64,000 nucleotides of DNA from Marsupella aquatica (taxonomy: Eukaryota > Plantae > Marchantiophyta): positions 6,079,241 to 6,143,240 of the forward strand of contig OZ316899.1 of assembly GCA_973895155.1 (NCBI GenBank), given 5' to 3'. The position numbers were made by a program, and so were the translations under genes. Every line of letters begins with the position of its first letter. The first letter of the stretch is position 1. This document shows, piece by piece, positions 11,229 to 24,600 of this stretch. A model generated the notes under the pieces. The model ran no database searches. It was not told the origin of the DNA and saw nothing but the letters and a program-made list of their open reading frames with translations.

Positions 11229-14200
11229 ATGCCCGTCACTCGTTCTCAAGCAGCTTACTTGAGGAGATTGACCAGCGAACGAGAAAGTGCAACCACGACA
11301 AGTTCCAATTCTTCAGACTCGGAAGACTCGCACTCGCCCCGACATATGAACATACCCCCGGGACCTTCGGGGTCCGGTTCGACCGGTCCTCCTGCGGTTC
11401 CACCGCCACCACCACCACCACCTATGGCAGCCGCTCCACCGATGGCCCGCGCTGCTCAAGCTCCTCCACAAATATCGCAACGATCGCGATTTCATTATCG
11501 ACCTTTCAAGGGGCGTCATGGGGATGATCCGGATGAATGGTTGGATGAGTTTGAAGCCACTGCCAAAGCTAATGGGGAAGATGCCATTAAGCTAACCGTC
11601 CTCCCGGGAGTGATGCGGGGAGAAGCTCGTCCATGGTACAACTCGTTGCCACCCGGGACTACATGGGCACAATTCCAAGCTGCATTGCTGCAGGAGTTTC
11701 GTGCCATTGGATCGGAACAGCATTCTCTATTAAAGATTGGCCAGCTTCGCATGGGAAAGAAGGAGTCCCTGCGGAAGTTCATTCAGAAGTTTCAGAAACT
11801 TGCGGCCAAGATCCGGCCCAGGCCGGGAGACGCGCTCCAGCTTACATGGTTCCTTCATGGTTTGCCCACGAATATGCAATTTTGGGTACGCCAGAATAAT
11901 CCGATTTCAATGCAGGCGGCCATAGCGTGCGCCGAAACTTACCGGGAGTCCACCTATAACTCCCGGCGGAGCCAGCGAGCACGCCGCAAGAAGGGTAAGT
12001 ACGAGACCTTCAGTGACAGTGACTCCGAATCGGACGACGAGAGGAAGAAGAAACGCAAGAAGAAAAAGAAACATCGTTCGACCTCGTCCAGCTCGGAGAC
12101 GGAATCCAGTTCAGATTTAGCTTCAAGCACCGGATCCTCTACCTCCAGTTCATCAGGAAGCGACTCGGAGAGCGAAAGCCGGAGCAAAAAGAAGAAGAGA
12201 CGAGTGAAGAAGGAGGGGAAGATCAAACCCCAGGCGCGAAGAACGATACCAGATCCAAAGGCTGCCGAAGCAGACAAGCTGAACGAAATCATGGATCGAC
12301 TCAAAGCACTGTCAGTACATCTTGCGGAAAAGCCGGTGAAGAAGAAGAAGCCATCTGAGATTCGAGCCCATGCGTGGTGTTCAAAGTGCTTCCAATCCGG
12401 CCATGTGGTGCAGGAATGCCCAAGGTGGAAGAATCGAGTTCACCAAGTAGAGCTGGATGATGTTGACAACCCGGGTCCCGAATCGGAGTCCACAGAGTAT
12501 TTCTTTGAGGACCCTCCTGATTCCGTGTACCAGATTTCAACGGTAGGTCCGCGTAATTTAGCGGGTAGAACTGCGTACCCCTACCCAAACAATGGCCGGA
12601 GTTTCCAGGTTATCAGTAACCCGAGCATCCCTCCTAAGCCAGGGATTTGGCGATCCCCGGTTTGTTATAACTGTGAAAAGCCAGGACACTTTGCAAGGGA
12701 ATGCACCGAACCAAGACGTCAGGGAGATGGCCGAGGCACCCCACTATGTCAAGTCTGCAAAACGGAGGCTCATTCCACGGCCAACTGTCCGTTGGTAATC
12801 GCTGCTCGAACGAGCGCAGCTAGACCGGCCCAGGCTGGACCGGCCACGAGCGATGCAGTCGTCCAAATGATTGCTGTAGAATGGCAAGATGACAACACCG
12901 AGTGGGTGAATTTGGTGGATGTAGCAGAGCACCCTGATCCATTGGATGAGGCCGAGTGCTACCGAGTGTCGACAAGGGCCAAACGGAAGGAAGAGAAGAC
13001 GGAGGAGAAACGAAGGAAAAAGCAAGATACTACTCCGGTGCAGCCAGCGATAGATATACCCCCAGAGAAGGACAATGACTACCGACGGGACGACCCGAAG
13101 CTATTTTTCCCCCGCATCAAAGAATTGGTAAAGAAACAGCTGGAGGCCTACGAAGCTCGGGAATACCAGAAGGCAATCGATAAGGACATCAAAGCAGCCG
13201 AGACCGCCCGGCGCCAGGAGCAAGAGGAGCAAGAAAAGCAAGAGGAAGCCAAGCTGCAGCCGAAAGAGGATAAAAAGGAGAACTACGATATTAAGGAAGA
13301 CGTGAAGAGTTGCCCGGTTACAGCGACGGTGGGGCAACTGCTGCAGAATAACCCACAGTACAGACGGCAACTAAGGGAGTTGCTCATGGGTCGCTGAAGG
13401 AGGAGACTACCCCGAGTTGGGATCGCGGACTGCAACATGATATGCGAGGACCTTGGAGCGCCGGACATCTCGATCGAAATTAATAATTGTACCATCAAGA
13501 TGGTTCTTGTAGACGGAGGAGCGGGAGTCAACATCATGACTGAAGAAACGTCAGTCAAGTTAGGATACCTCACGTATCAACCCACAGCCCGAGCTATCAG
13601 ATTAGCAAACGGGGCAAGGGTCCTCCCATTAGGCACGCTCACACGAGTGCTCACTCTGGTGGGAGGGGTGGAGTTCTATCTCAACTTCCTAGTTATGAGG
13701 CCGGTTCGTCCCTCCTCTTACCCGGTTCTTCTAGGCAGGCCATGGCTGTACGGTGGCCGCGTAGTCACGGATTGGGGAAAGAAGGAGCTACGGTTCGGGG
13801 AACCCACCGTACGGGTATCATGGGCAATGGACGATTATCAAGGAGAAACCCCACAAGGACCCGAGGAATATGATTCGGAGACCTCGGAGGAAGAGGAACT
13901 CAATATGATTGAACTCATCTCGTCCCTGTCCGAGGAAGATGTCTTCGGAGTTGAAGCAACCTGCAAAACACATCTCCTAAATTACCCGAGGGCTGCCATT
14001 GAGTCCACCCCAAGCACATCTACTGCCGGGGATGAGGAAACGCACGAACAACTCGTCGAGACGGAGGACACGGCTCCAGCTAAGCAGGGAGCCGAGGCTG
14101 CTTCTACCGTTGAAGAGCCTCGTGACCACGAACCAGCCCAACAACCGCCCGAGGCTGAAAACTCGAGACCGAGACATAAGAAACGAGTCTCATGGGTTCC

Positions 14201-17200
14201 GTCCATTCCGCAATTGGAGGAAGTAACTCCAATCCCAAGACCAATCCCGGTTCCACCCATGTACGGAGGAGTTCGGTTAGCCGAGCTTGATGTGAGCCTG
14301 GACCCGAGCCTGCGAAACCAGGTTGAAGTCATCAGGAAGGAGCACTACCGGAAGTACACCATTGGGATGGACAAATCTTTTAACCTGGGCCACGCTCTGA
14401 CAGGGGAGGCTGAAAAATCCATCCAAGCTTTGCTCAAGGAATATGAAGATGTGTTTGCATGGAGTCATCATGATTTAACAGGCGTCTCCCCCGAGTTGGG
14501 AGAACACACGATCGATCTGAACCTAGGAGCCCATGCGGTACGGCAGCGACAACGTCGCATGAACCCGAGGTACTCCATCTTAGTGAAGGAGGAAATTGAT
14601 CGTCTCCTCGCCGCCGATATCATCTACCTGGTAATGGCCAGCGACTGGGTCTCTCCCATTGTCATTGTACCAAAGAAGGGAGGTACGGATGGAAAACCTA
14701 AGATTCGTATTTGTCAAGACTACCATAAGCTGAACGACGCAACCCGCAAAGACCATTACCCATTACCATTCACAGATATGGTTCTAGATATGGTAGCCCG
14801 AAATGAAATCTATACATTTCTTGACGGGTATTCAGGTTATAACCAAATCTGGATTCGCCTCGCGGATCAGCTCAAAACAACTTTCACTACGGAGTGGGGG
14901 ACTTTCGCATTTCGGAGGATGCCTTTCGGTCTGTGTAACGCCCCGGCCATGTTTCAGCGCCTGATGATGAATATCTTCCACAATTTCCTACGAGAATTTC
15001 TGGAGATATTTATCGATGACTTTGCCATCTTCGGAACCGTTGCCATGCACCCCGAACACCTCAGACGAACGTTGCAACGATGCCGAGATGTCAACCTCAA
15101 ACTACATCCCGCCAAATGCTTCTTCGGGGTAGAGGAGGGGGTGTTACTCGGGCATCGTGTGTCCAAACGGGGCATTGAGGTGGACCAAGAGAAAGTTGCG
15201 GCCTGGATGGCAGTGGTGTTCCCCGTGGATCAAAAAGCAGTACGATCCTTCTTGGGCTGCGTAGGGTATTACCGTCGGTTCATTAAAGATTTTGCTAAAA
15301 TAGCTTTGCCCCTAACAGAGATGATGAAAAAGGATGCGGTGATCGAGGAGACCCCAAGGAGACGGGTTGCTTTCGAAGAACTCCGTAAAAGACTCACCAT
15401 CGCACCTATCATGGTCACTCCAGACTGGAACAAGGAGTTCCACGTGTATGTCGACGTGTCAGGGTTCTGTATCGGGTCTATGCTTAGTCAGCTTGATACA
15501 GACGGACGCGATCACCCCATCTACTTCGCTAGCCGACAATTATTCACAGCCAAAAAAAATTATTCCCCCACGGATTGAGAGGCACTGGGCATAATCTACT
15601 CATGTAAGAAGTTCCGGCACTATCTGCTCGGCTACAAGGTCATCTTCCACACGGATCACGACAGCCTGAAGTACATGGTCAACAAAGCAGACGTAACGGG
15701 ACGGATAGCCCGTTGGGTGCTACTTCTCCAGGAATTTAACTACGAAGTTCGGGTTCGGCCAGGAAAGGCACACCTCAATGCCGACTTCTTTTCACGGCTG
15801 GACGGCGTACCAGTCGATCAGCCAATTGATGATATTTTTCCGGATGAGGAGTTGTTCCACGTAGGGGAGGGGACACCAACGTGGTACGGCTCGATAATCA
15901 CCTTCCTTTTAACAGGCCGCATCCCTGACGGCATCAATCAGGAGGCCGCCGCTGTGTTTCTACGGAAAGCCGGGCCTTACGTCATGGTACAGGGTCACCT
16001 ACATAAGGAAGGAGTTAATGGGAAGTTACGACGCTGCTTGGAGTATAAGGAGACGCTTATCGTGATGCGGGCCTTGCATGAAGAAGAAACTGGAGGCCAT
16101 TTCGCGGCGGTCACGACAGCCCGAAAGATTCTGGACTCGGGGTATTGGTGGTCGACGTTGCATCGGGATGTACAGCGCTTCATTAAGGGCTGTGACCTGT
16201 GTCAGCGGGCTGGGGCCCCGAGACGGGCTCATCATCACCCGCTCACATCTGTGCTTCCATTGGCACCATTCAAAAAATGGGGAATTGATTATATCGGGCC
16301 GTTTACTCCCGTTACCCGAAGGCGAAGATGCAGGTACATCCTACTAGCTATTGATTACTCCACCAAGTGGGTCGAAGCGCGGACTACGGTAAAGGACGAT
16401 GCCGCAACCAGTGCCAGATTCTTACACGAACAGATTTTCACCCGATTCGGCCCGCCCTTAGAATTGGTAAGCGACCGTGGAACCCACTTCCTCAATGACA
16501 CCGTAGCCCAGCTTACGGAGCGTTACCTAGTCAAGCACCGCAAGACTACCCCGTATCATCCTTAAGCCAACGGGATGGCGGAGAGAGCAAATGGTATCAT
16601 TGGGAAGATCCTCAACAAAACTGTAGCTGCGCACAAAACGGATTGGGATGATAAGTTGTACGCAGCGGTGTACTCGTATAATCTCGCTTACAAAACTACT
16701 ACGAGTCACAGCCCGTACTTTCTCGTGTTCGGCCAACATTCGTTGGTGCCCGTCGAGTTTGAAATACACACTCCACGAGTCAGCATTCGGGATCGCTTAC
16801 CTGAATCTGAAAGTTCGTCAGACCGAGCTTATCAGATTGAAGCCTTGGAAGAAGCACGGCTACTAGCAGCTCGACACGCCGTGAAGAAACAGGCAACTTC
16901 GAAGAAGCAGCACGACAAAGGACTACGAAGGGTCGACGTCGTGGCAGGCGATCGAGTCCTTCTGTACGATAGTAGGTACATGCAGTTTCCAGGGAAGCTT
17001 CATACCCGGTGGTTAGGGCCCTTCCTTGTCAATCAGATCTACCGTAACGGATCTTTAGAGCTTGCGACGTATGCCGGCGATTTACTCCCCACGCAAATCA
17101 GCTACGATCGTGTAAAAAAGTACCACCATCAAGATGACGACGCCGAGAATGGTGTTCGCGAGGACGCTTCACAATTAAGCAGGGAGCTATGTGATGCCGC

Positions 17201-17222
17201 CGGTACGGCGGTTAATGAGTGA
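11229..17222 (+). pseudogene. gag-pol: Family A gag-pol polyprotein (gag, 3 CCHC, PR, RT, RNase H, INT), single frame with three premature stops
   Basis: ORFs 11229-13397, 13437-15578, 15675-16565 and 16575-17222 are all in one frame. Motifs: VDGGAG (PR), LDGYSGYNQI/FIDD (RT), GGHF...CDLCQ, WGIDY, SDRG (INT), FPGKLHTRWLGPF (Athila-like GPF). No chromodomain; the stop lies inside the 3' LTR. Confidence 0.95.
17173..17189 (+). promoter_or_regulatory. Polypurine-tract region of element A
   Basis: AATTAAGCAGGGAGCTA lies immediately before the 3' LTR TG. The equivalent AATTAAGTGGGGAGCTA precedes 31281. Confidence 0.75.
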
Positions 17223-20200
17223 TTCGGTCTAACTGCGCTCGGCACGCGCGTTAGGAGTGTCTTAGACCGCTATTATTAGCATAACGACAGTATTTAGGTA
17301 ATCATTATGGGTAGGATATCATTAGGCAATAAGGGGGAATTCAGGTTCGGACTGGCGGTTGGTCGCTATTCGCACACCCGGGTTACGAGCGTGGAGGGGC
17401 CCCTCCCTCGGGTCCGTATAACGAACTTAAGGAAGCGGCCACTGACACGCGCTGACTCAGACCGGCGGAGTGGCCGGCACACCACAAGCGTGAACGGTTC
17501 AACCTATGGGCGTCGAGGAGACGTCAGGGGATCGACAAGCGCTCAAGGTATAAAAGGGGAGCCAACCCTTTGTAGTGCACCAGTCCATCAGTCCACGCGC
17601 CAGCTTCGACCCCAACTCTCTCGTTCGCTCTAAGTCGCCACTACTATCTCCTCTGAATGTCGCACACGATCCTCTCCAGCTCGGCCATTCGATTCTGGAC
17701 GCAGTTCCTATCTACCGGGAGGCACTTGGCCGACTCATTGAAACACGCCAACCCGCGCCGATACGAAATCGAACACGAGTACGAGCGAGCCATCCGCCTA
17801 GCAGGATGACACCACTACATCCTTAACTTTGACTACCCATCTCAGAGCGAGCTTTACCGACCAGCAGAGGTATCCGGGTACTTCTTCAACGGAGACAAAT
17901 ATATGGGGTTTTGGGAAGCATTGCTTCGGCTTCCGGACGAGGTCTTCAATATCCCGGGTACGATCGACTTGCAGCGACATCACTTTGACCACATCCCTGC
18001 TCAAGTTCGGGCTATCATCAACAGCGAGTCCAGCACTACCCGTTCGACAAGGTCGTCTGCCCTCGCTTCGGAGAACTTCTACCAGCACCTACAGAGCTTC
18101 ATAGGAGCTCAGCCAACAACCAACATGACCAACTCAGTTGTACCCATACCCGTACCCATACAACCTCAGGCTCAGCTTCAGCTTCAGCCTCAGCCGCAGC
18201 CTAGCCAAACCCCACCACCGATCGCCCAGCCAGCACAAGTTCGTCAGGAATTATGACGACGCGCGTCAACATACTCGGCTACGGGGAAGGAGTATGTCCC
18301 TCACGGAAGAACGGCTCAGGATGATCTTTGGGTTACCCGAAGGTGACCATCGAGTCGAATCACGGGCTCCCGGGGGCAAGGGAGCCAAGTACCAATCTTC
18401 AATTTCTCCCTCAGAGGGAGCAGTGGACAACGGGTTCGTGATGAAAACCTGCCTCATCCCCGAGATAGCTGAGCGACTGGAGTTCCAGAGGTACGGCCTC
18501 CACATGATGGAACCCCGGGGGGAGATCTCTGCCGCCCAGGTTATCCAGGTCGAGAACTATCGACCTAGGAGGTGGGCGTCGTACTTCGCTAAGAAATTCC
18601 ATGAAGAGATGGAGCGGCGAAGGAAGACGCTATACATTGGCGGGAAGGCGTATTTCGCTAGCCACATCGAGATCATTCTTGAGTGGTACGCCCGGTTTGA
18701 TCGACGAACCCTTCCCCGTGTCAACGTTACAAAGCTGGTCCCAGCTAGGTGGGTTTTCCCGGCCTTGGAGAGACGGCCCCAGCCCGAGGCCCGAAGTCCA
18801 GCGGACACGCCAACTTCACCCACCCCACCTCCACAAGTAGCTATAGTCGTAACCGAGGAGGTACCGGATGGGTCGGGTGTCGCAACCGTTGATGCGACCC
18901 AACAGGCCGGGCTAAGTACAGAAGTCGGTACGGCGGAGGTCTTACCCGAGCCCGGTTCTCCCAAAGACCCACCGGTGGCTATTCCGGAGAACCGGACATT
19001 GCTACAGGAGGACGCTCCAGCCCCTTCCAACGTTACGTCCCCAGGGCTGGACGTCACTGCCCCGGCCCCCGCGCGTGTGGACGTCTGCCCGTGCCCAACT
19101 CCGGACAGGCACAACCTGGACCACTCGGAACTCTTCGTACCGGGTACATTTCTGAACGGGCTTCTGGGAGATTTCTCTCATCAAATTGCCCGGGATACCG
19201 GGGAGTTCATGGCCCGGAAGGTAGCCTGTTTCTTCAATCAGGAGTTGGTTGCCGCAGTAAAGGCGGGTCGGGCCCAGTCAGAGGCCCTTCTGAGGATAGA
19301 GCGGTACCGGGTGGAGTCCGTGTACCTAAAGAACGAAGTTGCGGCTCAAGAGGCTGAGCTTCGGCAACTACGACCCAAGGTTGCAGCCACCGATGAGTTG
19401 TTAGCAAAGGCGCACGCTCTTACCGCCCTAGCCGAACAGGCCAAAGCTGGGAACGAAGCCGAGATTACACGACTCCGGAACCAGATTGATAGTTTGAAGA
19501 ATCAAACTGTCACCTGGCAGAAAGACCTGGAGGAGGCCGAGGAACGGGCCCAGCGGGACACGGCGGAGATAGCCACGCTGCAGGCCGAGGTGGCGCGGCT
19601 CCAAACCGAGGTCGAGAAGCAGGACCAGCTGGCGGGTAAACTGACAAGTGACGCCCAGCAGTTGGAGGAGGCTTGTCAGGAGGCAGCGGAGGAGACGGAT
19701 GCGGCGAGGCGAGAGAACGAATCTCTGCTGGACCAGGTCCAGCTCCTCAAGGCGGACAATGACAGGCTTCGAAGGCAGTGGGATGGCCGCTCCCATTCAG
19801 GTGGCTCTGGCAAGCGTGCCAGGCATTAGCGGCGGAGTAGGAATAGAGTAGGATTAGGACTAGCTTAGTCAGGCTCTTGGGACAGGCACCTGCCTTAGGT
19901 ACAGCTTCGCTGCCGTGCTGTCCAGCCTGCATAGATTAGGATCTTCTAATAAGACAGCCGTTTCCGGCCTGACTGTCAGCTTAGTTAGGACCGTAGTCAG
20001 TGAATCTTCGGCGAGAGGACACCCCGTCCCTCGGCCCTTAGTATTTAGTGCACCCCTCGGTAGAGTCGAGGGGGGGGGGTTTTAGTTGCAAAGTTGGCGT
20101 CCGCGGTATGTGCGGGGAGTCCCGACCTCTGGGAATGAAAGAGTACCAAGGGGAGGGGGTAGGATTAAGCTCGTCGGGCAAGTGCGGAGCCGGGCTCCGT

Positions 20201-20579
20201 TGTAGTGTGCACCCTTGGCCTTGAACCTGTTCATTCCGGGGCTGTCGGGTCAACTAAGTGTACGCATATGTTCCCTTTGTAGTAAAATCCTTCCCCATCA
20301 TTCTCCTTCGTGTAAATCGAGATTGTATGCATGTGCGCATGTATGTGTGTGGGTTTCTCGTATATGGGTGGCAGCGCCAGGCCGAACGCACTACCCGAGA
20401 CGTGCACAGGGTGCAGCCTGCGGGTAAGTGGTTGCGAGCACGGGTTGAGGACCTGTATCATCGAATCTGGATCAAAGGCGGACAGCACGAAGGCTTAGAA
20501 GTCCTTAAGCCGGGGTCGATCCTGCTATCGACTAAGGTACGTTCCGGCGGCGGAACACAAACCATACCTAGGAGGTGTC
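17190..20579 (+). repeat. Family A 3' LTR with a 463-bp internal deletion and ~145-bp 3' truncation
   Basis: Colinear with 7095-10958. 8146-8608 is missing at 18240/18241. Stops at GGAGGTGTC and joins host RT. Confidence 0.93.
17657..19829 (+). pseudogene. Second copy of the LTR-encoded gene (family A, 3' LTR)
   Basis: MSHTILSSSAIRFWTQF... start at 17657, a stop at ~17807, an internal deletion, then open frame 18138-19829 through the whole coiled coil. Confidence 0.82.
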
Positions 20580-21677
20580 ATGACTACTTGAGAAAGTTCA
20601 TGGAGATTTTCATTGACGATTTTGCAGTGTTTGGGAAAGCATCAAAACATGCTAAATACCTCAAGAAGACTTTCATGAGATGTAGGGAGGTGAGCCTCAA
20701 ATTACACCCTAATAAATGTTTCTTTGGGGTAATGGAGGGGGTGCTACTCAGTCACAAGGTATCAAAGAAAGGTATTGAGATTGACAAGGGCAAACTAGTA
20801 GTATGGTTGGATATCATGTAACCTAAGAACATAAAGGACATTCGATCCTTCTTGGGATGCATTGGCTATTATCGTAGATTCATCAAAGATTTTGCCAAAC
20901 TAGCATTACCTTTGACAAATACGCTCAAAGCAAGAGCAGACTTCAAACCCACACCAGAGAGAGTGACAACAGTAATTGCATTGAAAGAGATGCTAGTTGA
21001 GGCCCCAGTCATGATAGCACCAGACTGGAACAAGGAATTTCATGTCTTTGTAGATGTTTCAGGCTTCTGTATCGGTTTGCTACAAAGTCAGTTAGATGAG
21101 AAAGGAAGAGACCATCCCATATACTATGCAAGCCGCCAGCTTGCCAATGTCGAGAGAAACTACTCAACCACAGAAAGGGAAGCTTTAGGAGTCATTTACT
21201 CTTGCAAAAAGTTTAGGCATTATCTACTAGGTTATAAGGTAATCTTTCATACCGATCATGAAAGTTTAAAGTACCTAGTGAATAAACCAGATCTTACGGG
21301 CAGAGTGGCAAGATGGATATTGCTATTATAGGAATTTGACTATGAGTTAAAAATCAAGCTAGGGAAACTACATGCCAATGCCGACTTCTTAATTTTCAAG
21401 AATTGCAGGTCAACCAGCTACGGACTGCATCAACGATCGATTTCCAAACAAAGAGCTATTCATAGTGGAAGTAACGGATACCTGGTACCCCGACATATTA
21501 CAATTTCTCAGTACATCAAGATTAGAAGCAGGGGTAAGCAGGGAACAAGCCGCAATTTTTTTACAAAAGGCCAGACAGTATCAGTGCATTAAAGGCATCT
21601 TACACAGGCATGGAGTCAATGGAAAAATTCAAAGGTGTTTGGAACAGGGCAAAGTGAAGCAGGTCTTACACGCTATG
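20580..21677 (+). pseudogene. pol: Family C pol: RT C-terminal half, RNase H, integrase N-terminus
   Basis: HDYLRKFMEIFIDDF, GYYRRFIKDF, FVDVSG, NYSTTEREALG, HTDH. Interrupted at VLHAM by element B. Confidence 0.92.
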
Positions 21678-24600
21678 TGTGATGTCGTGCCAGGATCACG
21701 AAGTACATAGTTAAGCCTAAAATAATGGCTAAATAAAGATTAGGTAGATATAATTAGGGAGTTATAAGGATCAAAGCCGATTGCAATATGTTCGAGGGAA
21801 ATTGTGATGGGATCTAATCCAACGGTCGCGATTAAGTGGGATTAGGGTTATGACCTAATCAGGGCTTGATCAGGTAAGCCATCAGGAGGCGGCTTCGTAG
21901 GGAGGGGACCGACACTCTGTACACTAGTGCAATTGCTTGTTCGATCAACCTAGGGAGGTGGAATCAGCTGCCGATCGATCGGAGGAGGTGGTTTGGGAAA
22001 TTGCGCAAGTTCTTGGCATTCGGTGGAATGAACACGGTGAATCAGGCAAGGAAGTTTTGGGGTTGTTTGCTTGAAGAAGCAAGGCAGCTGATACCTATGT
22101 ATGAAGACGTTGAGCCGGAGCGCGCAGCCAGAGAACGAGCAGAGCTTGCATGATTGTGGGGAATTCACAAATCGGCATTCGTAGATACGGAGGAGGTGTT
22201 GGAAAAGTTCTCGTAGATCAGGGAGGCAATCAAGAATGCCAGGCAACCACTTTGGGAATTGAAGGGTCACACTGCGAAGTGGACAAAGGCAGCTATTCTT
22301 GGGGAGTATTCAGGCGCTGAAGAGATGAAGTGCAAGGGAGTTTTGGCATCTGCAACTCCAGCAAAGCGAACTAGGTCGAAGAGACCAATCAAGATAGAAT
22401 CCGGGCCAATTAGAGATCGGGCTGTAGAAGATAAAAACATGACAGGGTGGGCGAACAGGTTACCTACCGATTTACAATTACAGTTCGCAAGAGATGAGGA
22501 TGAGGTCTTCAGTGCCGTTCAGGATAACAAATATGCAAGATATATGAATGACACTGGGTTGGAGGGCTTTGTCAGGTTGTCCTGGAGAATGGTAGACATA
22601 CCGGATGAGGATCTGTTGGACTTCGTGGGATGTTGGGAGGCTTCTTCCAACACAACGCTACTGTATAGAAAGGTGTTTGAATTAACACCTGCGCTTATCA
22701 AAGCCGTGTTCGCTTTACCAACAGGAAGGAAGACAGAGGTGGAGCAGAGGAAGACGTTGCCAGACGACCAGTTCAGGTCATTTCCAGGGCCTTCCACTAA
22801 GAATGGGTTTTTCAGGAATCAATGTACCAACCCACATATAGGGCAGCTGATTGATTTCCTGAGAGTCACATTGCATTGTACCTTGCCGAGAGCAGAAATC
22901 GGCAAAGCCCAGGTATTTTTGGTAGAGAATATCGATGCAAGCCGAGACTACAACGACTATCTCTTAATGTAGTTGAAGAAGGCATTAAACGCAGAGAAGC
23001 AGAGCATTGGGGAGGGAGCGGTATCCAGACTAGGGTACCATCTACAATTACTTTGCCGATATGCAAGAAGCCAGTCTTTTGCACCAGTGTTGCCTATATA
23101 GGAGCGGATGCAGATCACTGCACCACTTCAGGAGGTGGAGGAGGACGAGGAGCCTCTAAACATACGACGCCACGGGAGGAGGTCGACAACACAGGCAACA
23201 CGAGAACGGGAGCATTCCCCTATCAAGGAGCCAGAGGTAGTAACATATGATGTAGTGAGAAATCCGTTACGCCGGCCTACTCGCAATAATCCATATGCAG
23301 GCATCCAGTTGGTCGAGAGGAAGATGACTACCGAAGAGAGAAAGAAATATGACAAGCAAATGGATTCGGAGATAGATGAGGAGGTAAGCCGAGGCCAGGA
23401 GAGACCGGTAGTAAAAGCTTCTAATAGAGCCCAAGTGAACGGACCCGTGGAGGAAGGTCAACCAGCAGCAGCCCAACAATTTTCAGAGGAAGAGATCGGG
23501 GGCTTTGGAGGAGAGGCCGGCATGTTAGGTAGTCAGGTTAATGTGGATGATTACGACGACGACTATGTCGATCACGGGGAGAGGCCGGTACCAGGAGTTA
23601 GAACGATGGGAAGGTTTTGTAGAAGACTTCCCGCGGTCTTCTATGGCAAACTGGAGGACCAAAAAACGCCAGAATCTCCTCCACCAGATGTGACGCCATT
23701 GGAATTCGACAAGATGAAGGAAGCTGAAGCCGGGCTACATGAGAAGATTAAGGAGTGGGGGGCCCGAAATGCAGAACACGAATGCCAGCTACCAGGAGGA
23801 GAGTGTCCGGAAGGAATAAGACGGCTTAGTGAGAGGCAAGCCGAACCTCTCACTGACTTTGATCAATTACGGGCAGAAGCTTGGGAGTACAACCTCGATG
23901 GCAGATGCCAGTATCACCTGGGAGGTCAAACTATGCAAGAAATCGGGCTAAGGAGTATGGAGACATGTGTGGACTCTTAGCCTTAGAAATCTTCGGCAAC
24001 GAGTTGGAATCCGGGCCATTTCTTAGAAAGGAAATGGCTGATCAGACGAGACTGGAGGAGGCAATGACATTGGAGCGATTGAAAAAGGAGGAAGTAATCG
24101 CTCGGCTTTGCTCCATGGAGGCCGAAGTTGCTAAGACGAAGTCTGGTCAACCAACTCAGCAAGGTCTCTTGGCTAGGCAGCAGGAATTGGAAGTGGCAAA
24201 CAACCAATTGGAAAACTACCAATTGGATAACCAGCAGATCAAGGAAAAGTTGACAAAGATAGAGTTGGAGTTAGCCGATTCAAAAGTAGAAGTACAGGGT
24301 TTAAATGGCCAAGTTGAGAGGCTCAGAAAGACGGCTAAGGAGCAAGCCACCCAGAGCGAGAAGACCTTGGCAGAAGCCCAAAGGAAGTATGATAAGTTAC
24401 TCGACTGGTTGGAGGCCATGCGTGAGAAGCATGATGACGCCATGTGCACGGCGGCCAATGATCACCTAAACCGGGTTCAACAGATACGCAAGGAGCTTCA
24501 AGAGGAGCTAACCAGGACAAAGCAGGCATGGACGAACGAGGTCACAAAACTGGAAGGTATCAACGACTCCTTGAAAGCAGTCGTAGATAAGCAAGAGTTG

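Larger units (their letters stand above)
7095..20579 (+). mobile_element. Near-complete Athila-like Ty3/gypsy element, family A
   Basis: LTR-PBS-gag-pol-PPT-LTR organisation with near-identical LTRs starting TGTGA. The 3' LTR end and right TSD were lost in a deletion. Confidence 0.95.

Noticed and set aside
5205-12304. Antisense and alternative-frame ORFs such as 5205-5627, 8925-9482 and 11954-12304
   Set aside because: They are shadows of low-complexity or GC-rich sense coding regions, with no motifs of their own.
13395-13397. Programmed stop-codon readthrough between gag and pol of element A
   Set aside because: The TGA sits in an Arg run (CGC TGA AGG AGG AGA) and is best read as CGA>TGA decay. 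Family C has no stop at the equivalent position, and similar stops occur within pol.
20258-20821. 187-aa ORF as a real fusion protein
   Set aside because: It is a chance frame across the LTR/RT deletion junction.
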